This document shows, one piece after another, positions 37,012-47,136 of a stretch of DNA of 64,000 bases; positions within the stretch are counted from its first letter, which is position 1, and every line of letters starts with the position of its first letter. Under the pieces are notes generated by a model, which was given only the letters and a program-made list of their open reading frames with translations, had not been told where the DNA came from and made no database searches. The DNA is taken from positions 1,486-65,485 of the forward strand of contig JAUYEF010000428.1 in the NCBI GenBank assembly GCA_030691635.1. Reading direction: 5' to 3'. A program made the translations under genes and the position numbers. Origin of the DNA: Bacillota bacterium (lineage in GTDB: Bacteria > Bacillota > Sulfobacillia > JAUYEF01).

Positions 37012-38119
37012 CTGCTACCATCTCCACCTCTCCGCCCTGGACGCGGTAGTACTCCGTCTTGGTGGGTAGGACCGGCCGGAAAGGCGCGTGGTCAGTGCAG
37101 GTCAGGAAGACCTGGACATCCGTCGAGACTGCCTCGAGCAGACGGTGCCTGCGAGAGGCGTCGAGCTCTGAAAGGATATCGTCGAGCAGCAGGACCGGCA
37201 GGTCGCCCGTCTCCTGACGCAGAAACTCGATTTCAGATACTTTCACGCTGACGACGATGCTCCTTTGCTGCCCCTGCGAGGCATACTGACGCGCGTCCAT
37301 TCCATTGAGGCTGAACACGATGTCGTCCCGGTGTGGACCGACAAGAGTGACCGCTTTCTGGCGTTCCAGGTTCGCGCGTTCCCTGAGACGCCTTCGGAAA
37401 GCCTCTTCTACCTGCGATATCGCTTCGTCCCCTCGCAGAGGGACGCTCGGCCTGTAGAGCACGTCGAGGTCTTCTCCAGGGGCAAACCGGCTGTGCACGC
37501 CGCGGGCGACCGGTGCTATCTTCTTCAATGCCCGAAGGCGCTTCTGGTACAGCCTGCCGCCGTGGTCAACGAGCTGTTCGGTCCAGACCTCGACGCTTGG
37601 GTCAGCGGGGGATGCGCCGGCTCGAAGCAGTGAGTTGCGCTGGCTCAGCACCTTTGTGTAGCGCGAGAGGTCGAAGGCGTATGTGGGATCGACCTGGGAT
37701 ATCTCCTGGTCGAGGAAGCGGCGCCTGAGAGAGCCTGCTCCCTTGACCAGCTGCAGGTCGTCCGGGACGAACAGCACCACCCTCACCTGAGGAGCGAGAC
37801 CCTCTGACTGCCGCCTGGGAATCCCGTTCACGAGAACGGACTTCCCCTTTTGTTCTGAGTATGAGACCTCGATCTCTACGGTCCTGGAAGCGGCGGCAAA
37901 GACGCCCCTGACCAGAAACGATGGCCTGTCCCAACGGACCATTTCCGCATCCGCGCCGGCACGGTGCGAGGAGCCCCGTGCAAGGAGGTATATGGACTCA
38001 AGCAAGTTGGTCTTTCCCTGGGCGTTTTCCCCGAAGAAGACCATCGTCCCGGAGATGGACCTGAGACCGAGATGAGCGTAGTTGCGGAAGTCCTCAAGCA
38101 CAAGCTCCTGCAGGACCAA
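37004..38119 (-). CDS. recF: DNA replication/repair protein RecF
   Basis: 371-aa ORF. LEDFRNYAHL, GENAQGKTNLLE and LLLDDILSELD. TTG start. Confidence 0.95.
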   Translation of the reverse strand: MVLQELVLEDFRNYAHLGLRSISGTMVFFGENAQGKTNLLESIYLLARGSSHRAGADAEMVRWDRPSFLVRGVFAAASRTVEIEVSYSEQKGKSVLVNGIPRRQSEGLAPQVRVVLFVPDDLQLVKGAGSLRRRFLDQEISQVDPTYAFDLSRYTKVLSQRNSLLRAGASPADPSVEVWTEQLVDHGGRLYQKRLRALKKIAPVARGVHSRFAPGEDLDVLYRPSVPLRGDEAISQVEEAFRRRLRERANLERQKAVTLVGPHRDDIVFSLNGMDARQYASQGQQRSIVVSVKVSEIEFLRQETGDLPVLLLDDILSELDASRRHRLLEAVSTDVQVFLTCTDHAPFRPVLPTKTEYYRVQGGEVEMVAGG

Positions 38120-38143
38120 CCTGAGTTCCCCGCCTCTCTCGGC

Positions 38144-38362
38144 CTATCTCTTGGTCTCGACGACAAGGACTATGCTACCCAGGGTCACCCTGTCGCCCGG
38201 AAGTATCTTGCGCGAGCGCCGGGTCTCGGGTCGCCCGTTCACTTCGACCTGCCCGGAGCGGATGACGTGTTTGGCCGCTCCTCCTGTCAGAGCTGCGCCG
38301 CTCCACTTGAGCAGGGCGTCCAGGTTTATGCTTTCGGAAGAGATGAAGACGGGCTGTTCCAC
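38144..38362 (-). CDS. yaaA: S4 domain RNA-binding protein YaaA
   Basis: 72-aa ORF (LDALLKWSGAALTGGAAKHVIRSGQVEVNGRPETRRSRKILPGD), located between dnaN and recF. Confidence 0.8.
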   Translation of the reverse strand: MEQPVFISSESINLDALLKWSGAALTGGAAKHVIRSGQVEVNGRPETRRSRKILPGDRVTLGSIVLVVETKR

Positions 38363-38432
38363 CTTGCCCTCCGCTCAGTGTTGCCGCGGCTTCGTTGCAC
38401 GCCGGCCGGTGCACCCACTCCAGGGCGCCTTC

Positions 38433-39545
38433 TCAATCGCCCAGCGTGCGCAGCGGCATCGCCACGTATATGTTGTTTTCGTTATCCGAAGGTTTGATAC
38501 AGCAGGGGCTATAGGGGCCGTTGGCCTGGAAGAGCACTTTCTCGCTGTTTATCGCCTCAAGCCCGTCTATCAAGTAGCGCGCGTTGAATGCGATCTCAAG
38601 CGCGTCACCTTCCACCGAGCACTCCAGTTCTTCGCGGACCTTGCCGACTTCCGGCGTGCTCGAGGTGATGACCAGCAGGTCCTCTTTGGCTTCTATCTTG
38701 ATCGTCCGGTCGTTGTCAACCGACAGCAGGCTCGCCCGTTCGCAGGCATCATGGAAGTCCTGAGTGCTGAGCGAAACCTGAGTCCGGAACTTCGACGGGA
38801 TTATCTGTTCGTACGGAGGGAATTGTCCTTCAAGCAGGCGTGACACAAAGCGCGTCTCTCCGAGGTCGAAGAAAACCTGGTTCTCGGTCGCCGAGAGCGT
38901 GCACTCCTGGGCCAGATCGCTCGAGAGCAGGCGCGACACTTCGTTGGCTGCCCTGCCCGGGATGACTGCCCTCTGCGCGGCCCCAGACCAGGAGATCTCT
39001 GCTTTGGCCATGGCCAGCCTCACTCCATCGATCGCCACCATCCTGACTTCGGACGGCAGGATCTCCAGCAACTCGCCTGTCAGGACCGGCCTGCTTTCGT
39101 TCTGCGCCACGGCGAAGGCCGTGCCACGGATCATGTCCTTGATCTTCGACTGGCCTATCTTGACGCCCTCAGACCCAGACTCAAAGAGTATCTTCGGGAA
39201 CTGCTCCGGCTCGAGCCCGTGAACGATGAACTGCGATCGCCCCCAGGTGATCGACGCCGTCCAGTTCGACCTCTCGACCTGTATCTTGATGTCGCCTCCA
39301 GGTATCTTCCTCACGATGTCAAGAAGGTACCTTGCGGGAAGGATTATGCCGCCCGGTGTGTCGACCGTCGCCTTCACGCTGCTAGAGATGCTTATCTCGT
39401 TGTCGCTTGCCATGAAGATGAGCCTGTCGTTTTCGGCTTTGAGAAGTATGCCGGTAAGTGCTGGTATAGTGCTGTTTGTTGCCACAGCTCGATGGACGGT
39501 CAGTACTCCTGTCGTCAGATCAGCCTGAGGGATTGTGATGAACAA
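38433..39545 (-). CDS. dnaN: DNA polymerase III beta sliding clamp
   Basis: 370-aa ORF of three-domain clamp length, immediately downstream of the dnaA/oriC spacer. TTG start. Confidence 0.95.
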   Translation of the reverse strand: MFITIPQADLTTGVLTVHRAVATNSTIPALTGILLKAENDRLIFMASDNEISISSSVKATVDTPGGIILPARYLLDIVRKIPGGDIKIQVERSNWTASITWGRSQFIVHGLEPEQFPKILFESGSEGVKIGQSKIKDMIRGTAFAVAQNESRPVLTGELLEILPSEVRMVAIDGVRLAMAKAEISWSGAAQRAVIPGRAANEVSRLLSSDLAQECTLSATENQVFFDLGETRFVSRLLEGQFPPYEQIIPSKFRTQVSLSTQDFHDACERASLLSVDNDRTIKIEAKEDLLVITSSTPEVGKVREELECSVEGDALEIAFNARYLIDGLEAINSEKVLFQANGPYSPCCIKPSDNENNIYVAMPLRTLGD

Positions 39546-39559
39546 ACTATCCCCAGCCC

Positions 39560-39790
39560 CTTTCTTCTAATGCGTTTTATATAGGAAAAGAGTAGAAGTA
39601 GTAGGTCCTGTGGATACTGTGGAAGGCGGCTGTCTTTCAGCGTTCGACAGGCATCTACATACCGGCCGCCTGTGGGCAATCGTCTGAGTATCCTACGACA
39701 CATTGTGGGTTTGTCCCTCTGTCCCGGAACTTTCCACAGCTACTCTTCTTTTATCAACAGGATACCTCCAGCATTGTCCACACCCTGTGT
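39560..39790 (-). other. oriC part 2 (dnaA-dnaN spacer): DnaA boxes, DnaA-trios, AT-rich unwinding element
   Basis: In plus coordinates: an AT-rich stretch at 39561-39589; trios GAG-TAG-AAG-TAG-TAG at 39590-39604; GTCC; and tandem boxes TGTGGATAC (39609-39617) and TGTGGAAGG (39618-39626). Further boxes are CTTTCCACA (39730-39738), TTATCAACA (39751-39759) and TTGTCCACA (39774-39782). Confidence 0.75.
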
Positions 39791-39840
39791 CTTCTGCAGC
39801 GCCGGCGGTCTACCGCTGGCGTGAACGTCGCGGGAGGCCG

Positions 39841-41214
39841 CTAAGCGCCGCGGATCTTTGTCATAAGCTGCTGGATGGTGCCTGCGAGGAGCGGGTCCTT
39901 AGACAAGTCGCCGGAGACTTTACCGCAGGCGTGAATGACTGTGGTGTGGTCACGTCCACCGAACTCGTCTCCCACCTTGGGGAGTGAGGCATCCGTCATT
40001 TCCCGAGCCAGGTACATGGCTATCTGCCGCGGGAACGCCACAGCCCGGCTGCGGTTCCTCTCTTTGAAGAGCCCCGGCTCCAGAGAGTAGTACTCCGCGA
40101 CCACCTTCTGGATCAGCGCGATCGTGATCTGGCGCTGTCGGTATTCTGGGAATACGTCCCGCAGCGCCTCGCGCGCAAGGAGCATGTCCACAGGCCGGCC
40201 GGCCAGAGAAGAATATGCAGCGATCCGGACCAGGGCGCCTTCGAGTTCACGGATGTTGGAGGTTATGTTCTGAGCTATAAACGCGGCGACGTCATCCGGG
40301 ATCTCGATCGAGTCTGCTTTGGCCTTCTTCCGGAGGATGGCCATCCTGGTCTCGATGTCGGGCGGCTGGATGTCGGAGATCAGCCCCCACTCAAAGCGAG
40401 TGCGGAGCCTCTCTTCGAGGGTCGCTATCTCGCGCGGCGGACGGTCGCTGGAGATGATGATCTGTTTTGAGGCCTGGTGCAGGGCGTCGAACGTGTGGAA
40501 CAGCTCTTCCTGGGTGCCTTCCTTGCCCGTCAGGAACTGGACATCGTCCAGCATCAGCACGTCCACGTTCCGGTACTTGCTGCGGAAATCCATCATCTTC
40601 CCGTCCCGGATCGAACTGATGAGTTCATTGGTGAACGTCTCGGTTGAGAGATAGGAGACCTTGGCCGTCGGGTAGATTTCGAGCACCCTGTGCCCAATGG
40701 CGTGCATCAGGTGCGTCTTACCGAGCCCGACCCCGCCGTAGATGAAAAGCGGGTTATATGCCCTGGCCGGCGCGCCGGATACCGCGAGCGCGGCCGCGTG
40801 GGCGAACCGGTTGCTCGCACCCACGACGAACGTCTCGAAAGTGTATTTGTGGTTGAGCCTTGCGCCGTTGAGTCCAGGGGAAGGCACGGTGGCGGTCATT
40901 ATTACCGGTGGCCGCATGGAAGAACGCTGGCGCTTTCCCCCGGACTCCTTTTCCTGCTGGGCTTCCGGGGGCACGACGAATTTGAGAGTCATGGGCCTAG
41001 ACAAGACGCGGGTCAGGATTTTGCCCAACGAGGCGGCATACCGGGACTCCACCCAGTCCTTGACGAAATCGTTGGGCAGGCCGACCACGATTGTCTCATC
41101 ATACAGGGCGAGAGGGCGCGCGTTCTTCAGCCATGTCTCCGCGCTGGGTTTGGAGTTTTCGCGGTCAAGCTCTTGCAGGGTCCTGTCCCAGATCTCCCGC
41201 AATTCATTTATCAT
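39841..41214 (-). CDS. dnaA: Chromosomal replication initiator DnaA
   Basis: 457-aa [24 protein letters not shown], the AAA+ box [12 protein letters not shown] and the C-terminal DNA-binding region [16 protein letters not shown]. Confidence 0.97.
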   Translation of the reverse strand: MINELREIWDRTLQELDRENSKPSAETWLKNARPLALYDETIVVGLPNDFVKDWVESRYAASLGKILTRVLSRPMTLKFVVPPEAQQEKESGGKRQRSSMRPPVIMTATVPSPGLNGARLNHKYTFETFVVGASNRFAHAAALAVSGAPARAYNPLFIYGGVGLGKTHLMHAIGHRVLEIYPTAKVSYLSTETFTNELISSIRDGKMMDFRSKYRNVDVLMLDDVQFLTGKEGTQEELFHTFDALHQASKQIIISSDRPPREIATLEERLRTRFEWGLISDIQPPDIETRMAILRKKAKADSIEIPDDVAAFIAQNITSNIRELEGALVRIAAYSSLAGRPVDMLLAREALRDVFPEYRQRQITIALIQKVVAEYYSLEPGLFKERNRSRAVAFPRQIAMYLAREMTDASLPKVGDEFGGRDHTTVIHACGKVSGDLSKDPLLAGTIQQLMTKIRGA

Positions 41215-41395
41215 GAGTCCGGTAACCCTCTCTCAGATGGGCAGGGGTGTGGCACCGATGGCTGGGCGCCATTCACTGCTTGAATAAACGGTGGAGAGCA
41301 GGAGCATTCAGCGTCTGACGCGACAGCCTTGATACCTAAGGCCAAGTAACTCGCGTGTCCGGAGTCTTATGTAAAGCTCATAGCATACCAACAAG

Positions 41396-41428
41396 TTATT
41401 CACAACGTTATGCACACTTTGTGGATAA
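41396..41428. promoter_or_regulatory. oriC part 1: DnaA-box cluster upstream of dnaA
   Basis: TTATTCACA (41396-41404), TTATGCACA (41408-41416) and a perfect TGTGGATAA (41420-41428). Confidence 0.7.
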
Positions 41429-41580
41429 AGGCGCGAAAACGCCGGATTTTGTCCGGCGGTTCCAGGTATTCTAGGGATATAATACCAGACAAATGACACG
41501 GCAGGCAACCGGGAAGTCTCGTGCCTAAAGGAGATGACAAACGACGCAAGGACGCTTGGCGAAGGGGCGCCCCCGCGACC

Positions 41581-41610
41581 TTGACACTGATTCACCCGCT
41601 AAACTATAAT
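41581..41610 (+). promoter_or_regulatory. rpmH promoter
   Basis: TTGACA (41581-41586), 18 nt, TATAAT (41605-41610). Confidence 0.6.
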
Positions 41611-41665
41611 TTCTCGTGACTGTTGCCTTTTTCGGCTTACCAGGCAGGATGGAGGTTCCCTTTAA

Positions 41666-41800
41666 GTGAAAAGGACGTATCAGCCAAAAGCCAGGAAGCG
41701 TTCAAGGATACACGGTTTTCTTGCGCGGATGAGTACCCGCGGGGGCCGGAAGGTGATCAAGAACCGGCGCCTGAAGGGCAGAAAGAGACTGAGCGCTTAG
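41666..41800 (+). CDS. rpmH: 50S ribosomal protein L34
   Basis: It is below the 60-aa cutoff, so it is absent from the ORF track. The GTG at 41666 follows GGAGGT. Translation: (M)[43 protein letters not shown]. Confidence 0.95.
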   Translation: MKRTYQPKARKRSRIHGFLARMSTRGGRKVIKNRRLKGRKRLSA

Positions 41801-41827
41801 CGCCTGGAGCGAGGCCTTGGTCGTCTG

Positions 41828-42163
41828 ATGGCAAGAGCAGCCCGCCTCAGAAAAGCTGGTGAGTTCAGGGCGGTGTTCCACGCAGGGAAGAGCCTGGCGA
41901 ACCGCCTTGGTGTTCTCTATGTCAAGCGCACCGGCGCTGATGTTACCAGGCCGGGGTTTGTCGTAGGGAGAAGGGCTGGGAAAGCGGTCCAGCGGAACAG
42001 GATCAAGCGAGTGTTCAGAGAAGCCTATAGACTCACAGCGGATAGAGTGCGGCCCGGTTTCGACCTTGTCTTCGTCGCACGGCATGCATCAAAGGACGCA
42101 GGCCTGATGGAGATCATGAGGGCCGTTGTCGATTTGCTTGAAAGGGGCGGAGCGCTGCGCTGA
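41828..42163 (+). CDS. rnpA: Ribonuclease P protein component
   Basis: 111-aa basic ORF ([12 protein letters not shown]...[13 protein letters not shown]) after rpmH. Confidence 0.9.
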   Translation: MARAARLRKAGEFRAVFHAGKSLANRLGVLYVKRTGADVTRPGFVVGRRAGKAVQRNRIKRVFREAYRLTADRVRPGFDLVFVARHASKDAGLMEIMRAVVDLLERGGALR

Positions 42164-42375
42164 TGGCCCGGAGGATCGTGTGCCTTCTGATAAGAGGGTA
42201 TCAGGTCTTTCTGTCGTCTTTGCTCGGCAATTCCTGCCGGTATATCCCGAGTTGCTCGCAGTATGCTCTGGAAGCGGTGTCAAAGTACGGGGTGCTGAAA
42301 GGGAGCGCCCTCGCGGCGTGGAGAATCCTCAGGTGTAACCCGTTCTCCAGTGGTGGGTACGATCCGGTTCCGTAA
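42163..42375 (+). CDS. yidD: Membrane protein insertion efficiency factor YidD
   Basis: 70-aa [40 protein letters not shown]. Confidence 0.9.
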   Translation: MARRIVCLLIRGYQVFLSSLLGNSCRYIPSCSQYALEAVSKYGVLKGSALAAWRILRCNPFSSGGYDPVP

Positions 42376-42444
42376 CCTGGACCGGCGTGCAGCGCAGGGA
42401 AATACTACCAGGAAGCAAGCGGCCGTAAGTTAAGGAGGAGCCCA

Positions 42445-43074
42445 ATGGAGTTTCTCGGTAACATCATGGAACAAGGCATCCAGATCATGTATAACCTTAC
42501 GGGGAATTATGGTGTCGCCATCATACTTCTCACGGCCGTGATTCGCGTGGTGCTGCTTCCGTTCACTCTCATGCAGACTCGTTCATCGCTGAAAATGCAG
42601 CAGCTGAACCCTGAGATCCAGGCGCTGCAGAAGAAATTGAAGAACGAGCCTGAAAAGCTTAACCAGGAAACCATGGCTCTGTGGAAAAAGCACGGTGTCA
42701 ACCCCTTGTCGAGCTGCCTGTTGCTACTGGTCCAGTTCCCGTTCATCATCGCTTTCTTCCGCGCGCTGGAGAGATTCGAGCCATTGAAAATCGGAGTCTT
42801 TCTGGGTATGACCCTGGGCGAGCCGAACAAGATAGTACTGCCGTTGCTCGCTGCTGTGTCCACATATTTCCAGGTCAAGGTGTCCAGCCCACCCGGCGGG
42901 GGCTCTCAGAACCAGGCGATGCTGGTGGTATTCCCGCTGTTGATAGGCTGGATGGCGACCAGGTTCGCGGCGGCGCTCTCCCTTTACTGGATTGTGAGCA
43001 ACGTTTTCAGTATCGGTGAGCGCTTCCTGGTTCCGGGCACCAGAGCACCGAAGGGAGAATCGGCCGGCCAATGA
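42445..43074 (+). CDS. yidC: YidC/Oxa1 family membrane insertase (short, SpoIIIJ-like)
   Basis: 209-aa ORF. NYGVAIILLTAVIRVVLLPFTLMQTRS and KHGVNPLSSCLLLLVQFPFIIAFF. Confidence 0.9.
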   Translation: MEFLGNIMEQGIQIMYNLTGNYGVAIILLTAVIRVVLLPFTLMQTRSSLKMQQLNPEIQALQKKLKNEPEKLNQETMALWKKHGVNPLSSCLLLLVQFPFIIAFFRALERFEPLKIGVFLGMTLGEPNKIVLPLLAAVSTYFQVKVSSPPGGGSQNQAMLVVFPLLIGWMATRFAAALSLYWIVSNVFSIGERFLVPGTRAPKGESAGQ

Positions 43075-43691
43075 GATCTCTCGAAAAAAGAGGGAAGACG
43101 GTAGAAGAGGCTGTTGCGGCGGCGCTCGAGGAGCTCGGAGCCAACGAAGACGAGGCTCAGATCGAGGTCCTTGAGGAACCGGCCAAAGGCCTTTTCGGCA
43201 TCCTCGGTTCGAAAGACGCGCGGGTACGGGTGAGCCTCAAGGAGAGCAGGGAAGACGCTGCGAAACGGTTCTTGAGCCAGGTGCTTGAGACCATGGGCTA
43301 TGCACCGGCCATGGAGACCGCTGTTGAGGATGGGTATGTTTTCATAAACGTGTTGGGCGACGATCTGGGAGCGCTCATCGGCCACAGAGGGCAAACGCTC
43401 AGCGCCCTCCAGTATCTCGTGAACCTCGCAGTATCGCGAAGCACAGCCGGCGACGAGAGAATCGTGCTCGATATTGAAGGCTATCGTAAGCGGCGCGAAC
43501 GCACTCTACAGGCGCTTGCCCAGCGTCTGGCCGAAAGGGTACGCCGCACGGGCCACAGCGTCGCATTGGAGCCGATGACTGCCCAGGAGAGGCGAGTGGT
43601 CCATACCACGCTCCAGGACGACCCGCAGGTCGTCACGAAGAGCGAAGGCGAAGATCCGTTCAGGAAAGTGATCATATACCCTAAGAAGTAG
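43071..43691 (+). CDS. jag: Jag/KhpB RNA-binding protein (KH + R3H)
   Basis: 206-aa ORF. GKTVEEAVAAALEELG and LEPMTAQERRVVHTTLQDDPQVVTKSEGEDPFRKVII. Confidence 0.9.
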   Translation: MRSLEKRGKTVEEAVAAALEELGANEDEAQIEVLEEPAKGLFGILGSKDARVRVSLKESREDAAKRFLSQVLETMGYAPAMETAVEDGYVFINVLGDDLGALIGHRGQTLSALQYLVNLAVSRSTAGDERIVLDIEGYRKRRERTLQALAQRLAERVRRTGHSVALEPMTAQERRVVHTTLQDDPQVVTKSEGEDPFRKVIIYPKK

Positions 43692-43797
43692 CTTGTGGCG
43701 GGAGTTGCGAGATCTTGCCGGTCCGGGTTTCGCCGGACTCGAGAGCCCGGTGATATGTACAATATTGCTGGGCTTGTGTGTTATGGGGGGATAGGCC

Positions 43798-45207
43798 CTG
43801 GCCAGGGAGAGCGCGGCATTCAGCGGCGACGACACGATCGCCGCCATAGCGACGCCGGTCGGCACCGGCGGCATAGGCATAGTCAGGCTGAGCGGACCCG
43901 GCGCCATGCGGATCGCGTCTTCGGTGTTCGCGCCGCACGACGGATCGAGCCTGCTCAGCCAGGACACACACACTTTCAAGTACGGCAAGGTCAGAGATCC
44001 GGTGAGCCACGAGACCATAGATGAGGCCATTGCGCTTGTGTGGCGGGCGCCGCGCTCATACACTCGGGAAGATGTCGTTGAGATCAGCGTTCACGGCGGA
44101 CCGGTGCCGCTCAGGCGCACACTCTCCGCCGTGATGGATAGCGGGGCCCGGCTTGCCGAGCCGGGAGAGTTCACGAAGCGAGCTTTCCTAGCGGGCCGGA
44201 TCGACCTGGCCCAGGCTGAGGCGGTCTGCGACCTGATCGCGGCCAAGACGCAGGCAAGCGGCAGGCTCGCTGTGCGCCAGCTGGAAGGACGGCTCTCCGA
44301 GGCTGTATCCGAGGCTCGTTCCGCGCTGCTCAACCTTCTTGCCGGCATCGAAGCGGGGATAGATTTTCCTGAGCATGATGTCGAAGAAGTAACACGATCG
44401 CAGATCAGGGCTGGGCTGGAGAGCGCACTGAAGCACGTCTCAGATCTGGCCGGGACGGCGGCCGTGGGGCGGGTCTACCGTGAAGGTGTCAGGGTGGCGC
44501 TGGTGGGCAGGCCGAACGTCGGCAAGTCGTCCCTCTTAAACGCTCTTCTGGGCCAGGAGCGCGCGATAGTCACGAGCGTTCCAGGGACGACGCGAGATCT
44601 CATAGAGGAGACCGTCAGCATCGAAGGGATACCGTTCCTGCTCATCGACACGGCGGGTCTCAGGCATGCGCAGGATGAGGTGGAGCAGATGGGTGTGAGC
44701 CGCGCCGAGCGTGCTCTGCGGGAGGCAGACGTCTCGGTGGTCATCCTGGATGCCGCCGCAGGCCTTCTGGAAGAGGACAGGGATGTGCTCAAGAGCGCAT
44801 CCGGTGGACGCGTTGTGGTCGCGGTGAACAAGACCGACCTGTCTCGCGAAGGCAGTGAGGCCGCAGCGCAGCAGGTTAGAGGCTTCGGCCTCCCTGTCAT
44901 CAGGATATCGGCCCTCACGCGGGAAGGGCTGGACGATCTCAGGCAGGCGCTCTGCGATGCTGTGGTTTCGGGCGCCGCTCTCGAGAGCGAGCCGGCAGTC
45001 GTGACCAGCGCAAGGCATGAGGACTGCCTGCTTCAGGCCGTAGGCGACATAGAGCGCGCGATCGACGGGCTCGACTCGATGGTGCCCTATGACCTTGTTT
45101 CGATAGACATCAGGGCGGCCCTTGACCGGCTCGGGCTGATAACAGGAGAGACTGCTTCAGACGACCTCCTGGACTCTATCTTCAGCCGGTTCTGCATCGG
45201 CAAGTAG
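43798..45207 (+). CDS. mnmE: tRNA modification GTPase MnmE, apparent CTG start
   Basis: The conserved N-terminus DTIAAIATPVGTGGIGIVRLSGPGA is encoded upstream of the first ATG (43906). The frame opens after the TAG at 43792, and the only start-like codon is the CTG at 43798, behind GGGGGGAT. The G-domain is GRPNVGKSSLLNAL and the C-terminal motif is CIGK. Confidence 0.85.
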   Translation: MARESAAFSGDDTIAAIATPVGTGGIGIVRLSGPGAMRIASSVFAPHDGSSLLSQDTHTFKYGKVRDPVSHETIDEAIALVWRAPRSYTREDVVEISVHGGPVPLRRTLSAVMDSGARLAEPGEFTKRAFLAGRIDLAQAEAVCDLIAAKTQASGRLAVRQLEGRLSEAVSEARSALLNLLAGIEAGIDFPEHDVEEVTRSQIRAGLESALKHVSDLAGTAAVGRVYREGVRVALVGRPNVGKSSLLNALLGQERAIVTSVPGTTRDLIEETVSIEGIPFLLIDTAGLRHAQDEVEQMGVSRAERALREADVSVVILDAAAGLLEEDRDVLKSASGGRVVVAVNKTDLSREGSEAAAQQVRGFGLPVIRISALTREGLDDLRQALCDAVVSGAALESEPAVVTSARHEDCLLQAVGDIERAIDGLDSMVPYDLVSIDIRAALDRLGLITGETASDDLLDSIFSRFCIGK

Positions 45208-45300
45208 CGGCAACTAGCGACGGGTCGTTGGCGGGCTCAAGAGGCAGCGTGTCGCAGGCGGCTCCAGAGGCCGCATGTCGTGGCGCAAAGGAGGGGTAAG

Positions 45301-47136
45301 GTGGACAGCGCGGGTACAGTAGCGGGAGCATATGACGTGATTGTCGTGGGCGCGGGACATGCCGGCTGTGAGGCGGCGCTCGTCGCGGCGCGGATGGGGT
45401 GTCGCACCTTGCTTCTCACGTTGAGCATGGAGAATATCGCGCTGATGCCCTGCAACCCCTCCATCGGCGGGCCGGCGAAAGGACACCTGGTGCGTGAGAT
45501 AGACGCGCTTGGCGGTGAGATGGGCCTGCTCACCGACAAGACCGCGATCCAGATGAGGACCCTGAACACAAGCAAGGGCCCGGCTGTCCAGACGTACAGG
45601 GCGCAGGTCGACAAGCATGAGTACCAGGCAGCCATGAGACGTGTGCTGGAGGGACAGCGTAGCCTGACAATTAAGCAGGCCATGGTCGTATCCGTTCAAG
45701 TTCAAAACGGCCGGGTCACGGGTGTCGTGACCCATACCGGCATGCGCTATCTAGCGCAGGCGGTCGTCATTGCCACAGGTGTCTACATGGAGGCCCGGGT
45801 CATAACGGGCGAGGCATCGTTCCAGGCCGGCCCGAACGGGCAAATACCGTCGCTCGGTCTCTCCAGGTGCCTGGCATCCCTGGGCCTCGAGACTGGCCGG
45901 TTTAAGACGGGCACACCGCCGAGAGTGGATGCGAACACGGTCGACTTTTCCAGGATGGAGCCACAGCTGGGTGACGAGCGGCCGCTCGCTTTCTCTTTCA
46001 TGTCAAAGCCGGAACACAGGGAGCAGGAGCTGTGCTACCTGACTTACACCAATGAGCGGACCCACGCTATCATCCGCCAGAACATCGACCGGGCGCCGCT
46101 TTTCAACGGCAGCATAGAAGGCACGGGCCCCAGGTATTGCCCTTCGATCGAAGACAAGGTGATGAGGTTCGCCGACAAGCCCAGGCACCAGGTGTTCATC
46201 GAGCCTGAGGCGCGTATTTCCCGGGAAATGTACGTGCTCGGGGTCTCGACGAGCCTGCCGGAAGACATACAGCTACAGGTGCTCAGGTCGATTCCTGGCC
46301 TCGAGAGCGTTGAGATCACACGGCCGGGCTACGCGATAGAATACGACTACGTGTTGCCCGACCAGCTCAGGCCGACCCTGGAGTACAGAAGGGTCAGGGG
46401 CCTCTTCGGCGCGGGCCAGGTGAATGGCACATCGGGTTACGAGGAAGCGGCAGCGCAGGGGTTGCTGGCCGGGATGAACGCTGCCGCCGGCGTCCTGGGC
46501 GCTCCAGCAGTTGTGCTGGATAGGTCCGAAGCTTACACGGGTGTGCTTGTGGACGACTTGGTGACCAAGGGCACACTGGAGCCTTACCGCATGATGACAT
46601 CGCGCGCAGAATACCGGCTGCACCTGCGTCACGGCAATGCAGACTTCCGTCTTACCGAGAAGGGATACGCAGCGGGTAGCGTTTCCCGCGAGAGGTACGA
46701 AGCTTTCCAGGCGAAGAAGGACCTGTATGGCCAGGTCATGGGCGCGCTGGCCATGGCACGCCTGGATAAGGTTCTCAGGCGGCCGGAAGTGAGGTACGAG
46801 GATCTCGTCAACGACCATCGCGGCGTGCTGCCGGAGATAGCGACCGACCTGGCACGGGAAGTCGAAACCGCCGTCAAGTTCGAGGGCTACCTGGAGCGCG
46901 AAGATGCTGCGGTGCGGCGGTTCAAGAAGCTGGAGGACAAGGGAATACCCCCTGGGATCAACTACAGGTCCCTTGTGGGTCTTTCGAACGAAGCCAGGGA
47001 GAAGCTGAGCAAAGCGCAGCCTGCGTCGGTCGGCGCCGCTTCACGGATCTCAGGAGTCTCACCGGCCGACATATCGGTGTTGCTGGTCCACCTCGAGCGG
47101 GCCCGGCGGCTGGGGGTATCGAGCCAACATGCATGA
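45301..47136 (+). CDS. mnmG: tRNA uridine 5-carboxymethylaminomethyl modification enzyme MnmG
   Basis: [16 protein letters not shown] and [13 protein letters not shown]. The GTG at 45301 follows AGGAGG. Confidence 0.95.
   Translation: MDSAGTVAGAYDVIVVGAGHAGCEAALVAARMGCRTLLLTLSMENIALMPCNPSIGGPAKGHLVREIDALGGEMGLLTDKTAIQMRTLNTSKGPAVQTYRAQVDKHEYQAAMRRVLEGQRSLTIKQAMVVSVQVQNGRVTGVVTHTGMRYLAQAVVIATGVYMEARVITGEASFQAGPNGQIPSLGLSRCLASLGLETGRFKTGTPPRVDANTVDFSRMEPQLGDERPLAFSFMSKPEHREQELCYLTYTNERTHAIIRQNIDRAPLFNGSIEGTGPRYCPSIEDKVMRFADKPRHQVFIEPEARISREMYVLGVSTSLPEDIQLQVLRSIPGLESVEITRPGYAIEYDYVLPDQLRPTLEYRRVRGLFGAGQVNGTSGYEEAAAQGLLAGMNAAAGVLGAPAVVLDRSEAYTGVLVDDLVTKGTLEPYRMMTSRAEYRLHLRHGNADFRLTEKGYAAGSVSRERYEAFQAKKDLYGQVMGALAMARLDKVLRRPEVRYEDLVNDHRGVLPEIATDLAREVETAVKFEGYLEREDAAVRRFKKLEDKGIPPGINYRSLVGLSNEAREKLSKAQPASVGAASRISGVSPADISVLLVHLERARRLGVSSQHA

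Noticed and set aside
41623-41862. 79-aa plus-strand ORF over the rpmH region
   Set aside because: It is out of frame with the real 44-codon rpmH (41666-41800), whose translation is the conserved L34 sequence.
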